Of a stretch of 64,000 bases of DNA, positions 37,750 to 46,122 are shown piece after piece (the stretch's first letter is position 1; each line of letters opens with the position of its first letter). The notes beneath the pieces were generated by a model. The model was not told where the DNA came from. It saw only the letters and a program-made list of their open reading frames with translations, and ran no database searches. The translations under genes and the position numbers were made by a program. Source of the stretch: a virus (taxonomy: Duplodnaviria; Caudoviricetes). The stretch is from positions 1 to 64,000 of IMG/VR virus record IMGVR_UViG_2974716960_000001, one strand, 5' to 3'.

Positions 37750-38065
37750 CCTTGCGCGGGAGGTCGTCCTTTCACCCGACGGCAACTTGTCGATCAAGGG
37801 GACCAACGTTTGGTTGCCATCCGATCCAGACGAGTTGGAGCGGGAGCGCCAGGTATGCGCGCAACGCTTAGCCGACATTTTCCAAGCTAAGCGCTACCTC
37901 CTCGAACAGGAGGACCGGGAGTACGGCGGCGCTATCGACTTCGCCACCCGCAAGGCTAACGAGACGTGTGGTCGCAGCAGTCAGGTTCTCTATCGGGACA
38001 TGTCCAGCCGCGATAAGCGCTGGTGGGTGGCGTTCCTTAAGGCGGTGCGCAATGAAGGCGAGTGA
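37733..38065 (+). CDS. Hypothetical protein
   Basis: GGAGGG RBS before ATG 37733. Confidence 0.55.
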   Translation: MTTMTDLAREVVLSPDGNLSIKGTNVWLPSDPDELERERQVCAQRLADIFQAKRYLLEQEDREYGGAIDFATRKANETCGRSSQVLYRDMSSRDKRWWVAFLKAVRNEGE

Positions 38066-38369
38066 ACGTCTCGCGGAGCGCAACGACATTCTCGAAGTCA
38101 TCGCGGAGATTGATTCCGAGTTGGCTGCCCTTATTGGGGTGAGGTCTTTCCGCGCGGCGCAGGAGGCGCGGGAGAAGTTGGATATCCGCCGGGGTTTGGA
38201 GGCGGAACTTAACGCGCTCGGGTTTAAAGCGCCTGAGCTTGATGAGAGGTTGAAGAACCGTGAGGTTACTCGCAGCAGTGCTGCTACTGGCGGTGATCAT
38301 TCTGGCGGTGGTGGCGGCGATTCAGTGGTTGCGAAACGCCGTATTGGACCGTCGCCTCAAGCGAGCTAA
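38052..38369 (+). CDS. Hypothetical protein
   Basis: ATG 38052 overlapping the previous stop. Confidence 0.45.
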   Translation: MKASERLAERNDILEVIAEIDSELAALIGVRSFRAAQEAREKLDIRRGLEAELNALGFKAPELDERLKNREVTRSSAATGGDHSGGGGGDSVVAKRRIGPSPQAS

Positions 38370-38505
38370 CGACCCGTTGCAGTACCTCACCCGGCAGGAG
38401 CGTCGGGAACATGCGCGGGCGCTCGCTAAGCGTCACCTGTCCGAAGCGGACGAGGCGTATTACCAGCGCCTTAACGACATGCTCCAAATCAAGCCGGTCC
38501 TGTAA
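38260..38505 (+). CDS. Membrane-anchored protein
   Basis: N-terminal TM helix followed by charged domain. Confidence 0.55.
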   Translation: MRLLAAVLLLAVIILAVVAAIQWLRNAVLDRRLKRANDPLQYLTRQERREHARALAKRHLSEADEAYYQRLNDMLQIKPVL

Positions 38506-38542
38506 CTCAGGGCCACCCTCTAAGAAAGGTAATCGCACCAAA

Positions 38543-38671
38543 ATGAAGAAGATCATGGAGTTCTTCGGTTTCACGTCGGCGGGCGCTTTCATGAAGGAAT
38601 GGAAGGCGCTGGACGAGGCCGACCAGGCGCAGCTCAAGGCCGGTATCGAGGACGGCTCGCTGACCTACTAA
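38543..38671 (+). CDS. Small hypothetical protein (42 aa)
   Basis: GAAAGG RBS; MKKIMEFFGFTSAGAFMKEWKAL...GSLTY. Confidence 0.6.
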   Translation: MKKIMEFFGFTSAGAFMKEWKALDEADQAQLKAGIEDGSLTY

Positions 38672-38686
38672 CCGCACTTCCCGACT

Positions 38687-38723
38687 AAGCCCCCACTGAC
38701 TCCGGTTGGTGGGGGCTTTGTTG
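38687..38723 (+). terminator. Intrinsic terminator
   Basis: AAGCCCCCAC / GTGGGGGCTT stem then TGTTG. Confidence 0.65.
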
Positions 38724-38761
38724 CGCCTTAAAACAAATCCCTTTAGAAAGGAACCCTTACG

Positions 38762-39721
38762 TTGAACCGTAAGAAAATCGCGGCTATGGCTCTCGCGGCG
38801 GCTGCCGTTCTTCCCGTCGTCGCATGTTCGACTTCGGTCCCGGCTGGCGTTACCGCTGTCAAGGTGGAGGACTACGCGTTCATCCCGACCGATCCGACCG
38901 TCGAGGGCTGCATGAAGCCGGAGACGAACGAGTACAACCCAATCGGCGGGTTCAAGGCGTACATGTACCCGGCCCGGCAGATCAGCTACGACGCGCTGGA
39001 CCAGGAGGGCGCGGAGGCCCCGGCCACCGTCGTCGTGTCGAACCGCGAGGCTCCGGCTGAGCTTAAGGTGCCGGTGACGGTGACGTTCGACCTCACGCAG
39101 GATTGCGAGCTGCTTAAGCAGTTCCATCGGGACTTCGGCACCAAGTATCAGGGCTGGCTTAACAGCGACGGCACCACGTCGCAGGGCTGGAAAGACCTGC
39201 TGAATTACGTGGTCGGCCAGCCGTTGCAGAACACGTTGGTGTCGATTGCGCAGAAGTACGAGTGGCGCAAGATTTGGAACGACGAGGCCGTGCGCGTCGA
39301 GTTCCAGAACGCGCTGCGCGAGACGCTGCCTAAGGTGTCGCGGGACCGTACTAACGGCGTCGACTACTTCACCAACTTTCAGGTGACGGTGATGAAGCCG
39401 GACCCGGTAGACGCCACGCTCAAGTCCGCGATCATTGCGGAGCAGCAGGCTATCGCCCAGGCGAAGGCCACCGAGGCGAAGGGCGTTGCGGACGCTAACG
39501 CTGCGGAGGCTAAGGCTAAGGCTGACGTGACCGCTGCGGAGGCTCAGACGAAGGTGGCTGAACAGGAGGCTCTCAAGCGGGCTGCTGAGATTCGCGGCTA
39601 CCCGTCCGTTGAGGCTTACCTTGACGCGCAGGAAATCGCCGCCAAGCGTGAGGCTATCGCGCGGGGTCTGAACCCGTACCCGTCGCCCATTGTGGCGGGT
39701 GTTGGCGCTACCGGGCGCTAA
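38762..39721 (+). CDS. SPFH/band-7-like lipoprotein
   Basis: Lipobox-like VVAC; ELKVPVTVTF...KYEWRKIW SPFH-like core; Ala/Glu/Lys coiled-coil tail. Confidence 0.7.
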   Translation: MNRKKIAAMALAAAAVLPVVACSTSVPAGVTAVKVEDYAFIPTDPTVEGCMKPETNEYNPIGGFKAYMYPARQISYDALDQEGAEAPATVVVSNREAPAELKVPVTVTFDLTQDCELLKQFHRDFGTKYQGWLNSDGTTSQGWKDLLNYVVGQPLQNTLVSIAQKYEWRKIWNDEAVRVEFQNALRETLPKVSRDRTNGVDYFTNFQVTVMKPDPVDATLKSAIIAEQQAIAQAKATEAKGVADANAAEAKAKADVTAAEAQTKVAEQEALKRAAEIRGYPSVEAYLDAQEIAAKREAIARGLNPYPSPIVAGVGATGR

Positions 39722-39902
39722 TGCTTAGCCGCATTACACCGGGCGATAGGCGCTTTCTACTGATCTGCGTTGGTGTCATTATCGGCGTCCTGATCGGGTT
39801 GGCGTTCCTCGCCTAGCTAACCCTCCCTAGATGGGGCGCGCATATCTAGGGGTGATTAACGCACGCGCAACCTAAACCCTTTCATGAAACCTAAGGAAAA
39901 AC

Positions 39903-40328
39903 ATGTCCAAAAAGTCCCTGTTCAAGCAACCGGGTGTCGAGCAGTTGGTCCCCGGCGCGGACCTGCCGGTCGGCGTTAAGGTCACCGGTCGCAACATGCA
40001 CGCCGTGTCCCTGCTGGCGTCGGTGAGCGGCGAGAAGCTGGGTAAGCGGACCATCGTCAAGTCTTACTTTGAGGCTGACGGTTCGCTGTCGCACGTCCGG
40101 CTGGTTGACGAGGACGGCACCGTCGATATCAAGGCGGGCGACTACATGATGCTGAGCGACGACCGGGAGACCATCGTCATCGGCAACGCGCAGGAATACG
40201 CGGCCCTTAAGGCCATGCTGCCTCTCGTCGTCGCGCTCGGGGATGCCTTCGCTAAGGCTGGCCCCGCGACCCTGACCGGCCTGCCGATTCTGGACGGGAT
40301 GCTGGCGAGCTTCGGGAACATCTTCTGA
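39903..40328 (+). CDS. Hypothetical protein
   Basis: AAGGA RBS; coupled to next gene. Confidence 0.6.
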   Translation: MSKKSLFKQPGVEQLVPGADLPVGVKVTGRNMHAVSLLASVSGEKLGKRTIVKSYFEADGSLSHVRLVDEDGTVDIKAGDYMMLSDDRETIVIGNAQEYAALKAMLPLVVALGDAFAKAGPATLTGLPILDGMLASFGNIF

Positions 40329-40567
40329 TGGCGCTTTTCAAAAAGGCTGCGCCGGTATTCGTCGCCCCTAAGTCCGTGGCTTCTATCACGGAGGGGCTGA
40401 GCGACACCCTCGCGGAGCTTGAGGCGCACGCCGAGGATCAGGCGCAGCAGGTTTCGTTTCAGAACATGCTAGCGGCCCAGGCGCGGAACGCGGCTAAGGA
40501 GCATGAGGTAGAGCACGACAAGGCGCTTAAGGTGGCCGGGAACATTAGGGCGCTACTCGACGCATGA
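40328..40567 (+). CDS. Hypothetical coiled-coil protein
   Basis: TGATG coupling. Confidence 0.6.
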   Translation: MALFKKAAPVFVAPKSVASITEGLSDTLAELEAHAEDQAQQVSFQNMLAAQARNAAKEHEVEHDKALKVAGNIRALLDA

Positions 40568-40694
40568 TCAATTTCGTTTGGCGGAACCTGTCCGCGCTTC
40601 ATTATTTCCGTAAGGAGCGCGGCAGGTTTCCCACCCTCGCTGAATTTCGTGATGAAACACGATGACACTACGACTTGCCCTTTAAGGAGACCTA

Positions 40695-42119
40695 ATGACC
40701 ACCTTTTTGCAGAGCCTAAACGGCCAGCTAAACACGACCCGCACGGAGAACGGCGATAAGGCGCATAAGTCGTCGCTTGATCCGGTGGTCGATTACTTCG
40801 GCTTGGCGGGCGCTATGCGTGACCGCGCCGAGGCGAGCGCCGACCTGTTTGAGAAGGCGTACCGTGCTGACCCGCAGGCTGCGGTGCGGACCCTGTTCTA
40901 TCTGCGTGATGTGCGCGGGGGCCAGGGGGAGCGCGACGTATTCCGTGCCGGGCTTAAGCGCCTGTTCCATATGGACCCTTACACCGGTATGGCAGTTGTG
41001 GAGCACACGCCGTTCTATGGGCGCTGGGATGACTTGTTCATCTTCGGGTCTCAGGTTCCGGCGGGTATCTCGGCACTTATCCGTGAGCAGTGGGCCGAGG
41101 ACGTTGACGCTTACGAGCGCGGCGAGAAGGTCTCACTGTTGGCTAAGTGGCTGCCTTCCGATAAGGCTGCGAATAAGGAGCTGGCTATCGCTGTCCGGAC
41201 GGTGCTGGGCCTGACGCAGCGCGAGTACCGGCAGACGCTTAGCGCGCTGCGGGAGCGGATTGGCCTGCTTGAGCACGCTATGTCGGACGGCGTTTACGCC
41301 AACGTCGACTACAGCAAGCTCCCGGCGCAGGCGCACCGTAAGCACGTTAAGGCGTTCCGGCGCAACGACGGTGAGCGGTACCAGGCGTTCCTAGACGCGG
41401 TTGACCGTGGCGAGGCCAAGGTGAACACGTCGACCCTGTATCCGTACGAGCTGTACGACTTGTGCCGGTCGGACCCGAACGCCGCTGACACGCTGTGGAA
41501 CAACCTGCCGGACTACACGCGGCCCGGCCAGGACGCGATCGTTCTAGCGGACGTTTCAGGCTCCATGTGGGGTCGGCCTATGTCTGTGTCTGTGTCGCTG
41601 GCTTTGTACTTCGCAGAGCGCAACACAGGGCCGTATAAGGGCTACTTCATGACGTTCGCCTCTACGCCTGCGCTGGTGCAGGTGACCGGTAAGACGTTGC
41701 AGCAGAAGCTCCACGCTATCGAGCACTCGACTGGCTGGTGTGGGTCGACGGACTTGGAGGCCGCGTTCAAGGCGATCTTGCGCGCCGGTAAGCAGTCGGG
41801 CACCGTCCCGGCCACGCTCTACGTCGTGTCGGACATGCAGTTCAATCAGGCGCTTAACCACGCTGACCTGAGCGTGTTTGAGTCGGCCCGGCTGGACTTC
41901 CAGCGGGCGGGCCTTGAGCTGCCGCATGTCGTGTTCTGGAACGTCAACGCGCGCCACGATCAGCTTCCGGCCACGATCCTTGACGGGAACGTGACGCTGG
42001 TGTCTGGCTTGGCGGCTACGACTTTCGGCATGGCCGTGGAGGGTAAGACCCCTCGTGAGCTGGTGAATGACGTGATCAATAGCGAGCGGTACTCGCAGAT
42101 CAACGTTTCCGGTTCCTAA
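40695..42119 (+). CDS. Ro60-like RNA-binding protein (DUF2828 / helical ring + vWA)
   Basis: TENGD, LFYLRDVRGGQGER, YGRWDDL, AKWLPS in the helical region; MIDAS DVSGS...STD...SDMQF in the vWA domain. Confidence 0.88.
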   Translation: MTTFLQSLNGQLNTTRTENGDKAHKSSLDPVVDYFGLAGAMRDRAEASADLFEKAYRADPQAAVRTLFYLRDVRGGQGERDVFRAGLKRLFHMDPYTGMAVVEHTPFYGRWDDLFIFGSQVPAGISALIREQWAEDVDAYERGEKVSLLAKWLPSDKAANKELAIAVRTVLGLTQREYRQTLSALRERIGLLEHAMSDGVYANVDYSKLPAQAHRKHVKAFRRNDGERYQAFLDAVDRGEAKVNTSTLYPYELYDLCRSDPNAADTLWNNLPDYTRPGQDAIVLADVSGSMWGRPMSVSVSLALYFAERNTGPYKGYFMTFASTPALVQVTGKTLQQKLHAIEHSTGWCGSTDLEAAFKAILRAGKQSGTVPATLYVVSDMQFNQALNHADLSVFESARLDFQRAGLELPHVVFWNVNARHDQLPATILDGNVTLVSGLAATTFGMAVEGKTPRELVNDVINSERYSQINVSGS

Positions 42120-42160
42120 TGTTTCCGGATACCGGGTGCCGCCCGGTATCGTAAAACTTG

Positions 42161-42212
42161 TGGACGCTAACAGCAATTAAAACTGTTTGCGGATAACAAT
42201 AAAATGCGTCCA
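42161..42212 (+). ncRNA. Candidate Y-like RNA unit 1
   Basis: TGGACGC/GCGTCCA stem, ACAGCAAT (42170-42177), TGTT-TGCGGAT-AACA stem-loop. Confidence 0.65.
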
Positions 42213-42223
42213 GTTTAAACGTG

Positions 42224-42343
42224 TGGACCCCCACAGCAATTACTACATTCCATGATAAGGACGAGGTTCGGGTTCGAGTCCCGGCGGTGGCCCTGTGTCG
42301 CTGTAGCTTAATGGCAGAGCGCGTATGTAAACCAAGGGGTCCA
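42224..42343 (+). ncRNA. Candidate Y-like RNA unit 2 with circularly permuted tRNA domain (YrlA-like)
   Basis: TGGACCCC/GGGGTCCA stem, ACAGCAAT, T-arm TCGGG-TTCGAGT-CCCGG, loop-closed 7-bp acceptor, D-arm GCTT-AATGGCA-GAGC. Confidence 0.8.
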
Positions 42344-42355
42344 GTTAAGCGGCTG

Positions 42356-42410
42356 TGGTCACTAACAGCAATCAAAAAACTTTCACTGTTAATGAAATAT
42401 AATGTGACCA
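42356..42410 (+). ncRNA. Candidate Y-like RNA unit 3
   Basis: TGGTCAC/GTGACCA stem, ACAGCAAT (42365-42372), TTTCA-CTGTTAA-TGAAA stem-loop. Confidence 0.7.
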
Positions 42411-42425
42411 GTCTTGCCGCGCATT

Positions 42426-42460
42426 AACCCGCTACCCGGTCGACGGGGGCGGGTTTTTTG
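42426..42460 (+). terminator. Intrinsic terminator closing the Ro-like/ncRNA locus
   Basis: AACCCGC..CCCG/CGGG..GCGGGTT stem followed by TTTTG. Confidence 0.85.
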
Positions 42461-42604
42461 TTGCCTTGAGGAGGACTTACATGCCTGGACCAATGTCCGC
42501 GCCCAACGGAAACGCGCTGATCACCTACAGCGCCGAGGCGCGCAAGAAAGCCGGTCGGACCGGCAAGACGGAGCTTGTGAAAGCCCGTAAGGGGGAGAAG
42601 AAAA

Positions 42605-42940
42605 ATGCGTAAGGGAATCGTCGCGGTAATGCTGGTCGGCGCGTTGTCGCTGGTCGGGTGCGCCACCCAGAATCAGCACTGGGAGCGTGGCTGCAAGGTC
42701 CAGTCAAAGGACATGCTGTACGGCAGCGACAGCGAAGGTGCCACTAAGCGCACTAAGCGCATTAGCACCACGTGCGGGGCGTTCGACGTAGAGGACGCTA
42801 TCGAGGTCGGCCACATGAACAGCTACGACCTGTGGGCCAAGCTCGAAGAGGGTAAGACCTACGACCTCAAGGTCGGCGGGCTGCGTAACGGGTTCTTCTC
42901 CATGTTCCCCACCGTCTTGGAGGTTAAGGATGCCGGTTAG
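42605..42940 (+). CDS. Putative lipoprotein
   Basis: Signal peptide with LVGC lipobox. Confidence 0.65.
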   Translation: MRKGIVAVMLVGALSLVGCATQNQHWERGCKVQSKDMLYGSDSEGATKRTKRISTTCGAFDVEDAIEVGHMNSYDLWAKLEEGKTYDLKVGGLRNGFFSMFPTVLEVKDAG

Positions 42941-43247
42941 CGTTAGCGAGGCGATCCTTCGCTACAAAGAGGCGCAGGCTAAGAAGCGGGGCGAGACGCT
43001 GCCGGAGAAGTTCTACCGGGTGCCCAATCGCCGGTCTATCCGCGCGCACCGCTTCGGCGGGTTCCGCGAGGGTATGGGTAGCGGCGATTCTTTCGTCCTG
43101 GTGAGGCCGTACCGGTCCCGCATTCAGCGGGGCAAGTCGCGTCCTCAGCCACGCGGGCAGATCGTTAGGCGGGGTTTCAAGGATTACCTCGAAAACGGTC
43201 CGGACGCCGACCGGGGCAAGGTCACCGGCTGGACGCAGAAGCTATGA
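42930..43247 (+). CDS. Hypothetical basic protein
   Basis: GGAGG RBS; coupled ORF. Confidence 0.55.
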   Translation: MPVSVSEAILRYKEAQAKKRGETLPEKFYRVPNRRSIRAHRFGGFREGMGSGDSFVLVRPYRSRIQRGKSRPQPRGQIVRRGFKDYLENGPDADRGKVTGWTQKL

Positions 43248-43420
43248 GCTATCGCGTAGAAGTTCTACTTAATGACCGGTTGCTCCCGCCGATGATTGCC
43301 GTGAGGGAGCCTGAGGTTAATCACACCGGCCATCTGCAAGTAATGCTCAAGGATGGCTATTTGGTGTACGCGCCGGGCTATTGGTTGAGCTACGGAGTTA
43401 AGGAACACAAAGATGGCTAA
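43244..43420 (+). CDS. Small hypothetical protein (58 aa)
   Basis: ATGA-coupled ORF MSYRVEVLLND... filling the gap. Confidence 0.5.
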   Translation: MSYRVEVLLNDRLLPPMIAVREPEVNHTGHLQVMLKDGYLVYAPGYWLSYGVKEHKDG

Positions 43421-43616
43421 GGTCGGCACTGTCTACCGCAAGGATTACGAGCCTGGCTGCGGCTGTGGCCCGGCTCCATGTTTCGACATGTACGTCAAGA
43501 CGCTGGACGGGTGGCTACTGGTCGACCAGTACGGCCCCCAGGGAATCGTGGCAAATAAGCCGTGGAAGCGCGCTACCGGGTTTGTCCGGTTCCCGCCGAA
43601 GGTTAGCGAGGATTAA
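43413..43616 (+). CDS. Hypothetical protein
   Basis: AAGGA RBS. Confidence 0.55.
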   Translation: MAKVGTVYRKDYEPGCGCGPAPCFDMYVKTLDGWLLVDQYGPQGIVANKPWKRATGFVRFPPKVSED

Positions 43617-43657
43617 TCACTGATTATCAAGTAAAGCGCGACTACTGGGACCGTCCG

Positions 43658-44590
43658 ATGGTTTACCCACCGGACTTCCAGGGTCCGCTAACGGGGGAAT
43701 GGCGCGAAGGCAGGGGGCGCGATGGAAAGCAAAAGCGCTGGTGGTACTCCAAAGACGCCAAGGGATACAGCCGGGCGTCCGGTGCGGGCAAAGGTCTCGA
43801 CACCAAAGATGGGCTTATCGACTGGGCAGCCTGTCAGGCAGCCGTTGGCATCCTCTTGGACGCCTCCGCGCGCTCAGAGGTCGCAACGCTTATCAACGAG
43901 TACGACGCCGACCCCTGGTACAAGGGAGACGACGGCGGTACCCGCTCCGGTAAAGAGCGGCTTAAAGCGGCTGTTGAGCAAGCGCGTAACACTGCCGGTC
44001 AGCACACTGCTGCTAGCGCTGGCACTGAGTTCCATAAGCTCGGTGAGCTTCGCAATAAGGGCGAAACGCCGCGCGTAGTTCAGGAGCACCTTAAGGCACC
44101 GCTCGCGCAGTACGACAAAGCGGTTGAGCCTATCGAGTTCATTGATCAGGAAATGCTGATCGTTAACGACAAGCTGGAACTGTGCGGGTCTGTCGATTAC
44201 CTCATGGCGTTGCCGCCGGGGATCACCACGCCGGATGGCGTTAAGCACGATCAAGAGCTTGTCGTTGTGGGCGACCTTAAGACGGGTCGCTGGGACGCTA
44301 AGCGCCCTATGGGTGTGACGTGCCAGTTGGCGGCTTATGGGACGGGTCTGCGTTACGACCAGGAGACGAACACTCGGACTCCGCTGCATAACCAGATCAA
44401 TAACAAGTGGGGAGTGATGGTTCATTTCCCAATCATGACTAAGAACCCTCAGGTCAAGTTCTATTGGGTTGACCTTGAGCTGGGTTTGCAAGCGGCGATG
44501 CTCGGTAAGCAAGTCGAGGCGATGCGCCGCGTTTTCAATTCTAAGGATTCAGAGCTTAAGGAGTTGAGCCTTGACCGTTATCAGTGGTAG
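43658..44590 (+). CDS. PD-(D/E)XK (Cas4/RecB-like) exonuclease
   Basis: GTEFH, GSVD, GDLKTG, QLAAY motifs; upstream of ERF. Confidence 0.85.
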   Translation: MVYPPDFQGPLTGEWREGRGRDGKQKRWWYSKDAKGYSRASGAGKGLDTKDGLIDWAACQAAVGILLDASARSEVATLINEYDADPWYKGDDGGTRSGKERLKAAVEQARNTAGQHTAASAGTEFHKLGELRNKGETPRVVQEHLKAPLAQYDKAVEPIEFIDQEMLIVNDKLELCGSVDYLMALPPGITTPDGVKHDQELVVVGDLKTGRWDAKRPMGVTCQLAAYGTGLRYDQETNTRTPLHNQINNKWGVMVHFPIMTKNPQVKFYWVDLELGLQAAMLGKQVEAMRRVFNSKDSELKELSLDRYQW

Positions 44591-44885
44591 CCGGGAGACC
44601 AGCTTGGCGGCGTACGAGTCGCTGGATAAGGACTATCTGCGGGAGTCGCAGAAGGCAGTGCTTAAGGCGCTGGGCCGGTTGCGTAAGGGCGGTACCGATA
44701 CGGATATCGCGCGGGTCTACAACCGGTCCAAGTGGGGCGCGGTGTTGCCTCAGTCGCCTTCGGGTTTGCGGACTCGTCGGTCGGAGCTGGTGCGGCAGGG
44801 GCTTGTGGTGGATACCGGCGCGCGTAAGCGGCTGGCGAGTGGTCGTCAGTCCGTGGTGTGGGCCAAGGCAAAGAACGGGGCGTAA
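44571..44885 (+). CDS. Putative winged-helix DNA-binding protein
   Basis: TDTDIA...[10 protein letters not shown]...GLVVDTG pattern. Confidence 0.55.
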   Translation: MTVISGSRETSLAAYESLDKDYLRESQKAVLKALGRLRKGGTDTDIARVYNRSKWGAVLPQSPSGLRTRRSELVRQGLVVDTGARKRLASGRQSVVWAKAKNGA

Positions 44886-45641
44886 TTGACTGCGACTAAG
44901 GCAGAGCTGGAAACCGCGCTAGCGGAGGCTGACGCCAAGATCGAATCCCTTGAGGAGGAGATTAAGAACGCGCCGACGTGGGACAAGTCGGACGTTCCGA
45001 CCGTCTTTGTGGCGTGGAACCGTGTTATGCGCGATGTGCAGGCGATCCGCAAGGATTCCTACAACCAGGGCCAGAAGTTCAACTTCCGTGGCATTGACGC
45101 GGTGATGAATGCGGTCGGCCCGGCGCTGCGCACGCACGGTGTGACGGTTGTGCCTCTGGCGCGCGACCACGACGCGGAGCGTTACCAGACCGCTAAGGGC
45201 GGTCAGATGTGTAACCGGACCGTGGAAATGGGTTTCCGCGTCTATGGGCCTGCCGGTGACTATTTCGACGGCAAGGCGTTCGGCGAAGCTGCCGACTCCG
45301 GCGATAAGTCGATGACTAAGGCGGAATCGGTCGCGCTGCGGACGTTCCTGCTACAGGCGTTGATGATTCCGACTGACGATCCGGACCCTGACGCCGAGTC
45401 GCATGAGCGGGCCACTCCGGCGACGGCTGCGCGGATGCAGCCTCCCGCGCCTGTCGGTAATGCGGATTCCGCTAGTGCCCGCGCGAAGCTGCGCGAGCTG
45501 GCGACCGCTAAGAGCTGGGACTTGAACGGCATCGCTAACAAGTTCGCGGAGCACAACAAGGGCCGGGAGCTTAAGGACGCCACTGCCGAAGAGGTCACGG
45601 CGTTTACGAACCTTCTAGAGACAGGGGCGGTCACCGTCTAA
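44886..45641 (+). CDS. erf: ERF-family ssDNA-annealing recombinase
   Basis: FNFRGIDAV, DSGDKSMTKAES...LMIPTDDPDPD ERF motif. Confidence 0.88.
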   Translation: MTATKAELETALAEADAKIESLEEEIKNAPTWDKSDVPTVFVAWNRVMRDVQAIRKDSYNQGQKFNFRGIDAVMNAVGPALRTHGVTVVPLARDHDAERYQTAKGGQMCNRTVEMGFRVYGPAGDYFDGKAFGEAADSGDKSMTKAESVALRTFLLQALMIPTDDPDPDAESHERATPATAARMQPPAPVGNADSASARAKLRELATAKSWDLNGIANKFAEHNKGRELKDATAEEVTAFTNLLETGAVTV

Positions 45642-45841
45642 TGTTCAACAACACGATTGCAGGTATCCCTGTGGAGCTGGTCGACGCTCCACAGGGCATC
45701 GTGGTTCCGTGTGAGCTTTGCTTCGTTAAGGAGGCTGAGTTCGCGGTTGGTTCGCACGATCACAAGCTGGTGTGCGAGGGCTGCCTTGATTACGGCGATT
45801 CGCGGCGGTTCTGGAATCTGGAACCGAGGCAAGCTCTGTGA
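45641..45841 (+). CDS. Hypothetical protein
   Basis: Coupled ORF with two CxxC motifs. Confidence 0.5.
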   Translation: MFNNTIAGIPVELVDAPQGIVVPCELCFVKEAEFAVGSHDHKLVCEGCLDYGDSRRFWNLEPRQAL

Positions 45842-46122
45842 CGGTAACTAAACCGGCTGAGCTGTGGAATGCCCGCCAGATCATTGAGACATTCGAGGAT
45901 GGCGAGGGTCACGGCTGGCATGAAGAACTGCAATGGCTGTGGTTTGACGACCGTGAGCGCACCATGCAGTTACTCGATGAAGTCGGCAGGGTCGGACAGA
46001 TTCGGGAGCCGGTCGAAATCGGGCATGACCGCCGGGTGTGGAACGGGCATCACCGTATCGCGGTGGCCTTAGCTCTTAGCTTGCCGGTGCCGGTGGTCTT
46101 TCATGAACAGGGGGACCGTTGA
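45838..46122 (+). CDS. ParB-N-like domain protein
   Basis: IREPV...VWNGHHRIAVA motif. Confidence 0.6.
   Translation: MTVTKPAELWNARQIIETFEDGEGHGWHEELQWLWFDDRERTMQLLDEVGRVGQIREPVEIGHDRRVWNGHHRIAVALALSLPVPVVFHEQGDR

Noticed and set aside
42249-42320. Ordinary tRNA-Ile gene
   Set aside because: The halves are in permuted order, the acceptor is closed by a loop, and no matching 5' anticodon-stem strand follows the D-arm. Treated as a mimic instead.
42161-42410. CRISPR mini-array (three repeats, with a Cas4-like nuclease 1.2 kb downstream)
   Set aside because: Repeats share only about 8 identical nt plus covarying stems, and unit lengths are very unequal (52, 120, 55 nt). The PD-(D/E)XK gene sits with ERF as a recombination exonuclease, and no other cas genes are present.
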